From positions 15,788-79,787 of IMG/VR virus record IMGVR_UViG_3300031760_000032: DNA of 64,000 bases, one strand, 5' to 3'. Shown here piece after piece: positions 1-8,232 of this stretch. Within the stretch, counting starts at the first letter, position 1; each line of letters starts with the position of its first letter. The translations under genes were made by a program, and so were the position numbers. The notes below the pieces were generated by a model. It was not told where the DNA came from, did not search any database, and was given only the letters and a program-made list of their open reading frames with translations. This DNA is from a virus (taxonomy: Duplodnaviria; Caudoviricetes).

Positions 1-45
1 GTTAATACAAATAAAGGTAAAGGTGATAATTATTATTGGGATGAC

Positions 46-237
46 TTGAAAGAACAATTTAGAAGTCTTGAAGTTGCAATATCATCACCAGTAAGAGAGT
101 GGAGTAAACTCTGGCTTAAAGGACTCTCTTCTGTTGGATTCAATACACCAGAACAGCAGATTAAGGTAATCGATTATATAGGTTACATAATTAGTATGGC
201 TAAATTAGGTGAGTTGAAAATTATTTCTGAAGATTAA
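46..237 (+). CDS. C-terminal part of a gene entering from the left edge, possibly frameshifted near nt 30
   Basis: No RBS before the TTG; the frame is open from nt 31 (YYWDDLKEQF) and frame 2 upstream reads LIQIKGKGDN; ends just before a terminator. Confidence 0.5.
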   Translation: MKEQFRSLEVAISSPVREWSKLWLKGLSSVGFNTPEQQIKVIDYIGYIISMAKLGELKIISED

Positions 238-244
238 GACTGAT

Positions 245-281
245 AAAGAATGGTGAGTGTTAAACTCACCATTCTTTTTTA
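245..281 (+). terminator. Intrinsic terminator
   Basis: aaagaatggtgagt/actcaccattcttt stem followed by a T run. Confidence 0.85.
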
Positions 282-296
282 TATATTATTAACGTG
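282..296 (+). promoter_or_regulatory. Class A (early-type) phage promoter
   Basis: TATATTAT-taac-GTG followed by the aagaggtt/aacctctt hairpin and the RBS of gene 349. Confidence 0.65.
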
Positions 297-348
297 TAAG
301 AGGTTACCGTAAACGGTTATAAAGACTCCACAACCTCTTGGAGGTAAT

Positions 349-666
349 ATGAAAATATCCGACCAATATTATTTTATGAAAAAGGATTGTTCAATAAATC
401 TCGGACGGTTTCCATCCAGACACATCCAAGAAATTTTAAAACCGTCTGGTTCAATCCAAATGTACTGGACATCAGATACTCCTCATTTACTTGAGAAAGG
501 AATTCCTGGAGGAATTCTGTTCTTTAGTCTTGAGAGGCATAATCTTTATATAGATAAGATAGTAATAGAATCAGACTGCTGCTGTAAAGTGAACGTATAT
601 AAGAAAGGAGATAAGTATGTCATGAAAATTAAAGCTGTTATGAAAGGAGGCGAAAGCAATGGCTGA
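349..666 (+). CDS. Hypothetical protein
   Basis: GGAGG RBS, 105 aa, overlaps the next gene. Confidence 0.7.
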   Translation: MKISDQYYFMKKDCSINLGRFPSRHIQEILKPSGSIQMYWTSDTPHLLEKGIPGGILFFSLERHNLYIDKIVIESDCCCKVNVYKKGDKYVMKIKAVMKGGESNG

Positions 667-850
667 TAATATCAACATCAACGGAATCGATGAACATGGT
701 ATTTCATACTCACTATACTTAGATGAGTGTGAATTTTATGACGAAGAGCCGCTCAGTTATGACGAGTGGCTCGAACAGGAGAAGTATGAGCAGGAGCAAA
801 TTGACAGAATGCTCCTTACCGACTCTGAAAGGTATGGAGAGGAGGATTAA
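659..850 (+). CDS. Small highly acidic protein
   Basis: AAAGGAGG RBS; about one third D/E over 63 aa. Confidence 0.75.
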   Translation: MADNININGIDEHGISYSLYLDECEFYDEEPLSYDEWLEQEKYEQEQIDRMLLTDSERYGEED

Positions 851-867
851 CTTTTAGAGTCAAGAAG

Positions 868-900
868 GAAGGCGGGACTTTACATCCCGCCTTCTTTTTT
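868..900. terminator. Terminator between convergent genes
   Basis: gaaggcggga/tcccgccttc stem plus T run. Confidence 0.85.
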
Positions 901-1921
901 ATCGTCTTACCATTACTACCTTAATAGCACTTGTGATTTCTGTATCTGTATGAAGAGTAATCTTCTTGCTTTCTGGATTATAGCTCCACTTAATATCACT
1001 AGGAACACCTTCTGTAGTGATATTTGTTTTTTGTGTGCTATCCTTCTTAGCAATGATTTCATCATACTTATAATCAGATTCAGTTGCTTCAGATGTACCA
1101 AGTACGTGTAATTCGAATACACGATTTTCATGGTAATCTTCTACAAGCTTAGGAATGAGTACTTCTGCATCGATTGTTGTATCTGCCGCATTAACAGTAA
1201 TCTCATCAGAAATCCACATATAAGTACCCCAAGGATTCTTACCACAAAGCAGAGTTTCAAAGATTTCAGAGATAGTCATACCCTTAAGAGAATCTCCTTC
1301 TTTAAATCCACCCATAGGATATTTAACAGTAGAATTCAATACGGTCTTACCATCTGCAGTTTCACAAGCATAATCATCTTCTTCTACTCCATCCTTAGGA
1401 TATAACATAAGGCACATGAGTTGAGCAAATGTAAGCTTGCGGAATTTAGTACCCTTCTTAATACCACCTACAGATACAGTAGTACCATTTTCAGAAAGGT
1501 CTCTAAAGATATCTGCATCAGCGATATGCATAAGAATATGATTAAGTTCACCTTTAGTCACATATCTATTGTCTTCTTCCCAATGCATAGGATGAATACA
1601 TCTATCATGTGGTGGAGGTGGAGGAGGGCAAGGTTTAGGTGGTGGGCATTTACGTCCAGGAACAAAATAAGTATTTGGTACTGGATTAGGTTGTGCATCA
1701 TCATAACCGTCTACATAATAATCTGGTCTATATGGACCAGGAGTAGGTTTATCAGAGTAAGGTCTATTGATAACTTCTGGTCTCCTGAAATACTCTCTTG
1801 GATTTGGAGCAGGCTTAGGTGGTGGAGGAGGGCAACAACCATCATCCACACCAGAAACCAATTCAGGTTTATCATTATCAATGAAGGCACTCTCAAATTC
1901 ATCATAGAAATCGTTTGCCAT
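899..1921 (-). CDS. Putative tail-fibre-associated protein with Pro/Cys-rich N-terminus
   Basis: Two internal repeats (VGGIKKGTKF..TFAQLMCLMLYP / MGGFKEGDSL..TISEIFETLLCG) of a type seen in phage fibre proteins; CCPPPPP tracts. Confidence 0.55.
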   Translation of the reverse strand: MANDFYDEFESAFIDNDKPELVSGVDDGCCPPPPPKPAPNPREYFRRPEVINRPYSDKPTPGPYRPDYYVDGYDDAQPNPVPNTYFVPGRKCPPPKPCPPPPPPHDRCIHPMHWEEDNRYVTKGELNHILMHIADADIFRDLSENGTTVSVGGIKKGTKFRKLTFAQLMCLMLYPKDGVEEDDYACETADGKTVLNSTVKYPMGGFKEGDSLKGMTISEIFETLLCGKNPWGTYMWISDEITVNAADTTIDAEVLIPKLVEDYHENRVFELHVLGTSEATESDYKYDEIIAKKDSTQKTNITTEGVPSDIKWSYNPESKKITLHTDTEITSAIKVVMVRR

Positions 1922-1939
1922 ATGTCTTCACTCTCCTTT

Positions 1940-2380
1940 TTATACTACAATTACTGCTACATATTTACCAGAAGAAATTTCATCAGTCTTCTTAAAGATA
2001 ATAGTGATTTCTTCATCAGTAAAATTAACAGATACATCTGCTAATACCATTTCACCAGTATTTACTTCATATAAATTTACAGATGGATACTGATTTGCTT
2101 CGATAGTAATATCGTCAATTACCCAAGAACAATCATTATTTACATCTGCGGTAAGAGCAGGATTAGATTTACGATAGATATTAATATTAGAACCACCGCC
2201 TCCACCGCCAGAACCAATAGTAACCCACTCGTTACCATTATAATATTTCAGTTTGTTTTCAGTTGTATTAAAGATAATCCAGCCTTTAGCAAGTTTGGTT
2301 GTAGGGTCAACAGCAACTTTCTGAATTATACAATTTAAAAGCTGATTTTTAGCAAGGTTAAGGTTAGTTAAAAACTTCAT
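1940..2380 (-). CDS. Tail-fibre-type structural protein
   Basis: N-terminus MKFLTNLNLAKNQL...GWIIFNTTENKLKYYNGNEW plus Gly linker, typical of phage fibre attachment domains. Confidence 0.6.
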   Translation of the reverse strand: MKFLTNLNLAKNQLLNCIIQKVAVDPTTKLAKGWIIFNTTENKLKYYNGNEWVTIGSGGGGGGSNINIYRKSNPALTADVNNDCSWVIDDITIEANQYPSVNLYEVNTGEMVLADVSVNFTDEEITIIFKKTDEISSGKYVAVIVV

Positions 2381-2395
2381 ATATTAACACCTCCT

Positions 2396-3070
2396 TTATC
2401 CATTCCATTTAACTGTAGCATTTGGCGCACCCCAAGGAGCACCAGATATACTTCCCTCTGGTTTATTTATAGTAATAGATGTAAGAGATGTACATTCAGC
2501 AAATGCACCACCACTAATACTAGTTACACTACTAGGTATAGTAATAGATGTAAGAGATGCACAACCAGCAAATGCATTACCAATAATACTAGTTACACCA
2601 TCAGGTATATTAATAGATGCAAGAGATGTACATCCAGCAAATGCGTTAGCACCAATACTAGTTACACTATCAGGTATAGTAATAGATGCAAGAGATGCAC
2701 AACTACTAAATGCAGCATCACCAATACTAGTTACACCATCAGGTATAGTAATAGATGTAAGAGATTTACAACTAACAAATGCACCACTACCAATACTAGT
2801 TACACCATCAGGAATAGTGATAGATTCAAGAGATGTACAGTTAGAAAATGTACCCTCACCAATAATACTAGTCGCACCATCGGGTATAGTAATAGATGCA
2901 AGAGATGTACAACCCATAAATGCATAAGCACCAATACTAGTTACACTATCAGGTATAGTAACAGATGCAAGAGATGTACAACCCATAAATGCATATTCAC
3001 CGATACTAGTTATTCCATTAGGTATAACAATAGATGACACTTTTCTAGAAATAATATTTTCTAATAACAT
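2396..3070 (-). CDS. BspA-like leucine-rich repeat protein (LRR_5/TpLRR type)
   Basis: About 8 repeats of SITIPDGVTSIGxxAFxxCTSL; start moved to ATG 3070, which follows a GGAGGTG RBS. Confidence 0.9.
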   Translation of the reverse strand: MLLENIISRKVSSIVIPNGITSIGEYAFMGCTSLASVTIPDSVTSIGAYAFMGCTSLASITIPDGATSIIGEGTFSNCTSLESITIPDGVTSIGSGAFVSCKSLTSITIPDGVTSIGDAAFSSCASLASITIPDSVTSIGANAFAGCTSLASINIPDGVTSIIGNAFAGCASLTSITIPSSVTSISGGAFAECTSLTSITINKPEGSISGAPWGAPNATVKWNG

Positions 3071-4600
3071 ACTAACACCTCCATTTATCCATTCCATTGA
3101 ACTGTAGCATTTGTTGCACCCCAAGGAGCACCAGATATACTTCCTTCAGGTTTATTTATAATAATAGATGTAAGAGATGTACATCCATTAAATGTTTTAC
3201 TACCAATATTGGTTACACTACTAGGAATAGTAATAGATGTAAGAGATGTGCATCCTTTAAATGCTTCATTACCAATATTAGTTACACCATCAGGTATAGT
3301 AACAGATGTAAGAGATGTACATCCATTAAATGTTTTACTACCAATACTAGTTACACCATCTGGTATAGTAACAGATGTAAGAGATTTACATCCACTAAAT
3401 GATTCATTACCGATACTAGTTACACCATCGGGTATAGTAATAGATGCAAGAGCTGTACATCCACTAAATGCATAAGCGCCGATACTAGTTACACCATCGG
3501 GTATAGTAATAGATGTAAGAGATGTGCATCCTCTAAATGCTTCACTATCAATACTAGTTACATCTTTAGGTATAGTAATAGATGTAAGAGATGTATTCCC
3601 TCTAAATACTCCACTACCAATACTAGTTACACCATCGGGTATAGTAATAGATGCAAGAGATGTACAACTCATAAATGCTTTATTACCAATACTAGTTACA
3701 CTATCAGGTATAGTAACAGATGTAAGAGATGCACAATTAGCAAATGCACTGTCACCAATACTAGTCACACCGTCAGCTATATCAATTGATGAGATAGTTC
3801 TTTCTATATATTCTTTTAGATAATCCATATCAAATTTTATAGAAAACATGTTTTCTGTAATAAAATTATATACACCATTAGCAGTAGGCACTTGTCTATC
3901 GGTACTACTCTCATCAATAGTAATGGTAACATCTTCGTTTTGAATCAGTATATTAGCACCCCAAGGATAACCAGTTCTAGATTTATAGTCTTCAAGTATT
4001 AATATATCACAATTACTAAATGCATTGTCACCAATACTAGTTACACTACTAGGTATAGTAATAGATTTAAGTGATGTACAACCATCAAATGCATTGTTAC
4101 CAATACTAGTTACTCTATTAGGTATAGTAATAGATATAAGGGATGTACAACCCATAAATGCTTTATTACCAATACTAGTTACACTATTATATATAGTAAT
4201 AGATTTAAGTGATGTACAACCAGAAAATACACCCTCACCAATACTAGTTACTCTATTAGGTATAATAATAGATGTAAGAGATGTACAATTTCTAAATGCA
4301 TTAATATCAATACTAGTTACACTATCAGGTATAGTAATAGATGTAGGAGATGTAATAGATTTAAGTGATGTACAACCATCAAATGTAGCTTCATTAATTT
4401 TAGTTACTCTATTAGGTATAGTAATAGATACAAGAGATGTACAACCCATGAATACACCAGCACCAATACTAGTTACACTATTAGGTATAGCAATAGATAC
4501 AAGAGATGTACAACCATTAAATGCAAGTTGGTCGATTTTAGTTACACTATTAGGTATAGTAATAGATACAAGAGATGTACAACCAGAAAATGTATCGCTA
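2470..4600. repeat. Imperfect 69-bp tandem repeats encoding the LRR units
   Basis: Recurrent ccaatactagttacaccatcaggtatagtaatagatgtaagagatgtaca units. Confidence 0.9.
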
Positions 4601-4947
4601 TAGATACTAGTTATACTTGTATTAGAACCTATAATAACACTTTTTGGTTTATTATTAGACTTAATATAAGTTTTAAAATCAGATAATGTATCAAACGTAT
4701 GTAGTGTTATTTCGTCGTCTATTACATTTATTTTCCCTTCATCAATTTTAAGTGTTTCTCCTTCGATATTACACCATTCTTCGCCGTTATAGTAATATAT
4801 TGAACCCATAGTTTCATCTTCATCAATTAGTAAACAAGTTCTACCTACGAATAAATTAGTGTCTGGAAGATTATAAACTTTTTCTGGGACAGCTAGTTTA
4901 ATTTCATTTCCCTGAAAATCTAAGCATGTGTTAATTTTCATATACAT
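3085..4947 (-). CDS. Tail-fibre-like protein with two BspA-like LRR blocks
   Basis: About 18 23-aa LRR units in two blocks; N-terminus similar to gene 1940-2380; internal STDRQVPTANGVY fibre motif. Confidence 0.85.
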   Translation of the reverse strand: MYMKINTCLDFQGNEIKLAVPEKVYNLPDTNLFVGRTCLLIDEDETMGSIYYYNGEEWCNIEGETLKIDEGKINVIDDEITLHTFDTLSDFKTYIKSNNKPKSVIIGSNTSITSIYSDTFSGCTSLVSITIPNSVTKIDQLAFNGCTSLVSIAIPNSVTSIGAGVFMGCTSLVSITIPNRVTKINEATFDGCTSLKSITSPTSITIPDSVTSIDINAFRNCTSLTSIIIPNRVTSIGEGVFSGCTSLKSITIYNSVTSIGNKAFMGCTSLISITIPNRVTSIGNNAFDGCTSLKSITIPSSVTSIGDNAFSNCDILILEDYKSRTGYPWGANILIQNEDVTITIDESSTDRQVPTANGVYNFITENMFSIKFDMDYLKEYIERTISSIDIADGVTSIGDSAFANCASLTSVTIPDSVTSIGNKAFMSCTSLASITIPDGVTSIGSGVFRGNTSLTSITIPKDVTSIDSEAFRGCTSLTSITIPDGVTSIGAYAFSGCTALASITIPDGVTSIGNESFSGCKSLTSVTIPDGVTSIGSKTFNGCTSLTSVTIPDGVTNIGNEAFKGCTSLTSITIPSSVTNIGSKTFNGCTSLTSIIINKPEGSISGAPWGATNATVQWNG

Positions 4948-4961
4948 TAACCTCCTTTGTA

Positions 4962-5522
4962 TTAATCATTAGAGAATGGGTCGTTTATAACATACTCCTC
5001 GTATCCAGATGGGCTACATTCACAATAATGTGGTGGAGATACTGGTTCTGGACACTGAGGTACAAAATCAGGAATCATACCATCAAAACACTTTACAGGC
5101 TTAATAGAAATGATATTCTCGATACCGATTCTAAGAAGCTTGCTTTCATATGCATCAGAGTAATCTACAATAATTGCAGTTACATCAATCATATGAGGCT
5201 TATCAATAAGCTTTTCAATACCCTTAGAGCATTCAAAGTCAATGATTCTTGCAGCAAAAGTACAAACTCCACGAGTCTGACTAACTGCTTTAATCTCATA
5301 AGTTTCATTCTCATGAATGTCAAATGTCTGTACGTGACCATGACAATCCACATAACGAACAGATAATACTGTTCTTCCTACAATACCAACTTTGCCATGA
5401 TAATGTGGATGACAATGATGGTGAGGAGGAGGGCATGGATGTGGCGCTGGGCAAGGTCTAGGGCCACAATTATAATCATCAAAATGTGATACATTCTGAT
5501 AGTAATAAACAGGCTTCTTCAT
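4962..5522 (-). CDS. Hypothetical protein with Pro/His/Cys-rich ends; paralog of 36632-37018
   Basis: CGPRPCPAPHPCPPPHHHCHPHYHG N-terminus; core aligns by eye with 36632-37018. Confidence 0.7.
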   Translation of the reverse strand: MKKPVYYYQNVSHFDDYNCGPRPCPAPHPCPPPHHHCHPHYHGKVGIVGRTVLSVRYVDCHGHVQTFDIHENETYEIKAVSQTRGVCTFAARIIDFECSKGIEKLIDKPHMIDVTAIIVDYSDAYESKLLRIGIENIISIKPVKCFDGMIPDFVPQCPEPVSPPHYCECSPSGYEEYVINDPFSND

Positions 5523-5550
5523 ATAGAATATCCTCCTTTATAATCAATTT

Positions 5551-5562
5551 TATATGTATGTT
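5551..5562 (-). promoter_or_regulatory. Class B (AR9 late-type) promoter of the LRR/fibre operon
   Basis: AACA-tacata-TA upstream of the RBS of 4962-5522. Confidence 0.55.
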
Positions 5563-5620
5563 TTGTTAGAATAGATAGGTGGAACTTTATAATAAAATGC
5601 TCAAAAGGAGGTATTCTCAT

Positions 5621-7459
5621 ATGCTTATTGACCAAGCTAAATTTATATATGACTTTACTACACCAGATGTAGAAGTAACAACAGAAGGTGCTTTATTAAA
5701 TGAAGCAGCAGCTACTTCAGAACATTTTAAAACTGAAGTACTTGATGTAGATAAGTTTATCAAGAATAATATACTTAAAGAAGTATCTAATCCTGTATTC
5801 TTTAATGGTCCAACTCCAACAGAAGATGGATTGTTAAGTAATGAAATCTTTGGTATCACTAAAGCTGAACGTGCTGGTATATATGCCTATATTAATCTAG
5901 GTGGTCAGTTTATTCAGCCATTAATCTATAAGACATTACTTAAACTCAATGGTAAAATCGCAGATGTAGTAAATGGTACAGATTATTTTATCATTAATGA
6001 TAAAGGAGAACTTGTACAGAGCGATGATGGTGATACTGGTATTGACTGGTTAAAGAAAAACTTCTCTAAGATTAAGTTTAAGAAGAATGAATCTGCATCT
6101 AGAAATAAGAGAATTGATTTTATTGAGAAAGTAAAAAATAAGATGTGGGTAGATAAGTGGGTTGTTATTCCTGCTTATTATAGAGACGTAGATACTAGAG
6201 ATGCTGGTATCGGTGTAGGTGAAATCAATAAACTCTATAGTAGCTTGATAATGGCTACAAAAGCACTTAAAGAAACATCTGGTTATGGTCTTACATTAAG
6301 TGATGTCACTAAAGCAAGAGTACAGAATATCTTAGTACAGATTTTTGACTGGTTTGGTAATGGTACTACTATTAATGGACAAGAAACTCCTGCTAACTTA
6401 CCTGGTAAGATGGGTCTTATTAAACGTGGTACATTGTATAAGACTATTGACTATTCTGCTCGTCTAGTTATGTCTGCTCCTGATGTAAGTGGAGAAGATA
6501 TAGATGACTTGATGATTGACATGGACCACTGTGCATTACCGCTTGCTGCAGCGCTTTGTTGTTTTAAGCCATTTATCATGTTCTGGTTAAGACGTTTCTT
6601 TGAGAATAGATTTGCTGGTAAATTAGAGTATCCTATTATGATTAATGATAAAGAGTCTGTCATGGTTCCTCTAGTAGACTATCAAATTGCATTTTCTGAT
6701 ATAGAGATTGATAAACAGATTGAACGTTTTATTCATGGCTATAGTAATCGTTTTATTCCTATTGAAATTCCAGTAGATAAAGAAGAGTTTGCTAGACGTG
6801 CTAAGAATCATCAAATAGTAGGAGCTATTTCTGGTAAAGAAATTAAAGATTTGAAAAATTTAAATTTTTGGATGGGATTTACTGGATATAAACTTAATAA
6901 TTCAGAAGAATATAAAGAGACTAAACAAGATTATTCAGAAACTCTTAAAGTAAATAGACGTATTACATGGTGTGATTTATTCTATATGGCAGCATGTGAT
7001 GTTACATCAGATAAGATGTGTCTTATTACTCGTTTCCCTATTGACTCTTATCTTAACCAATATCCTACAAAGGTTAGAATTAAATCTACAGTTAAAACTG
7101 CACCTATGGTTATTCAGTCTGACTTTGAAGATAATATGAAATTATATAAGTGGTATCCTGTTATTGAAGATACGGACATTAACTCTAATACATCTCCAGT
7201 ATTTGAAGATACTCTTTCTATTAGTAATGGTCTTATTGAAGCTATGGGTATGGACTATGATGGTGATACAGCAATTGTTAAACCAGTGTACACAATTGAG
7301 GCTAATCAGGAATGTGAAAAACAAGCTAACGCAAAGATTCAGGTTCTTGGTATGAATGGCTTCACTACAAGAGGTGTATCAAAAGAAAACATTCTTTGTC
7401 TATATGAACTTACTATTCATCCAGATAAAAGTGTTAAGTTTGTTAATCCAGAGTTCTAA
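5621..7459 (+). CDS. rpoC: Phage multisubunit RNA polymerase beta' subunit, N-terminal half with the catalytic site
   Basis: Motifs DGLLSNEIFG, VVIPAYYRD, LPGKMGLIK..KTIDYSARLV, FKPFI, ITRFP and catalytic GMDYDGD; ends soon after; start at 5621 after AAGGAGGT. Confidence 0.92.
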   Translation: MLIDQAKFIYDFTTPDVEVTTEGALLNEAAATSEHFKTEVLDVDKFIKNNILKEVSNPVFFNGPTPTEDGLLSNEIFGITKAERAGIYAYINLGGQFIQPLIYKTLLKLNGKIADVVNGTDYFIINDKGELVQSDDGDTGIDWLKKNFSKIKFKKNESASRNKRIDFIEKVKNKMWVDKWVVIPAYYRDVDTRDAGIGVGEINKLYSSLIMATKALKETSGYGLTLSDVTKARVQNILVQIFDWFGNGTTINGQETPANLPGKMGLIKRGTLYKTIDYSARLVMSAPDVSGEDIDDLMIDMDHCALPLAAALCCFKPFIMFWLRRFFENRFAGKLEYPIMINDKESVMVPLVDYQIAFSDIEIDKQIERFIHGYSNRFIPIEIPVDKEEFARRAKNHQIVGAISGKEIKDLKNLNFWMGFTGYKLNNSEEYKETKQDYSETLKVNRRITWCDLFYMAACDVTSDKMCLITRFPIDSYLNQYPTKVRIKSTVKTAPMVIQSDFEDNMKLYKWYPVIEDTDINSNTSPVFEDTLSISNGLIEAMGMDYDGDTAIVKPVYTIEANQECEKQANAKIQVLGMNGFTTRGVSKENILCLYELTIHPDKSVKFVNPEF

Positions 7460-7464
7460 AATTG

Positions 7465-7479
7465 TATATCATAATAGTG
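7465..7479 (+). promoter_or_regulatory. Class A promoter
   Basis: TATATCAT-aata-GTG followed by the gatgagagt/actctcatc hairpin. Confidence 0.6.
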
Positions 7480-7551
7480 ATGAGAGTAAATATATTATAC
7501 TTTCATGTATAGCCTCACTCTCATCCATACTATCCGAAAGGAGGTGTTAGT

Positions 7552-7584
7552 ATGGGTGACGGATTTGGAGGCTTCGTTGACTGA
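7552..7584 (+). other. Micro-ORF MGDGFGGFVD with a very strong RBS
   Basis: AAAGGAGGTG lies 5 nt before the ATG; stop at 7582-7584. Confidence 0.4.
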
Positions 7585-7689
7585 AAATATTAATATTAAT
7601 TCAGTCAAGCAAACGAGATTTTCAAAATTCTATTCTTTAGAAAGGAGCAAGAATTATGAGTAAACTATAACAACTCAAGTTTGAAACAA

Positions 7690-7724
7690 AACCCACACGC
7701 TCATCGGCGTGTGGGTTATTTTTT
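7690..7724. terminator. Bidirectional terminator
   Basis: aacccacacgc/gcgtgtgggtt stem flanked by A and T runs. Confidence 0.85.
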
Positions 7725-7727
7725 GTA

Positions 7728-8216
7728 TTATTCATCGTTACCTTCATAATAAGGTGTATCACTGAACTTATCTTCATCTTCAGGGTCTTCCTGAATAAAT
7801 TCCTCATTCTGTTCACTAGTAGGTTCTGTAACAGTTGTAGCTTCTTCTACAGGCTGTTCAACAACAGCAGCCTTCTTAGAAGAGGTTGTAGTAGTTACGG
7901 TCTCTTCCTTAATCTTCTCTACACGAGCAGTATTGTTTCTCTCATCTTCAGCGATGCCCTTATTTATTTCAGTATCGTTGAGCTGAGCAGCATAAGAACG
8001 AAGTACTTCCTTGAAATTATCTGCAGTAAGTCTAACCTTAGTTCCGTTATTTTTTTCCAAAGTAACGATAGCATAACAAGAAAGACACTGAGCAATTTCA
8101 GAAGCATTCATCTTCTTACGAATTCTAGCATAACGCTGAATAGTTGGTCTAATAGTAACAACAGGATAATTCTTAGTCTCTACAGTTACCATGAACTTAG
8201 TTACATTATTAGTCAT
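7728..8216 (-). CDS. Hypothetical protein with acidic tail
   Basis: GGAGG RBS, 162 aa. Confidence 0.75.
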   Translation of the reverse strand: MTNNVTKFMVTVETKNYPVVTIRPTIQRYARIRKKMNASEIAQCLSCYAIVTLEKNNGTKVRLTADNFKEVLRSYAAQLNDTEINKGIAEDERNNTARVEKIKEETVTTTTSSKKAAVVEQPVEEATTVTEPTSEQNEEFIQEDPEDEDKFSDTPYYEGNDE

Positions 8217-8232
8217 TGTTTATATCCTCCAA

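Noticed and set aside
2470-4600. Regularly spaced repeats resembling a CRISPR array
   Set aside because: The period is 69 bp (23 codons), repeats are imperfect and in frame, there are no unique spacers and no cas genes; the only Cas4-like nuclease is 46 kb away and is a common phage exonuclease
3097-4603. Several + strand ORFs (3097, 3209, 3524, 4025) with repetitive translations
   Set aside because: Antisense shadows of the 69-bp LRR repeats; no RBS, and the - strand frame carries the recognised family
2396-4947. Diversity-generating retroelement acting on the LRR genes
   Set aside because: No reverse transcriptase in the window and no non-coding template copy differing only at adenines; it cannot be excluded outside the window
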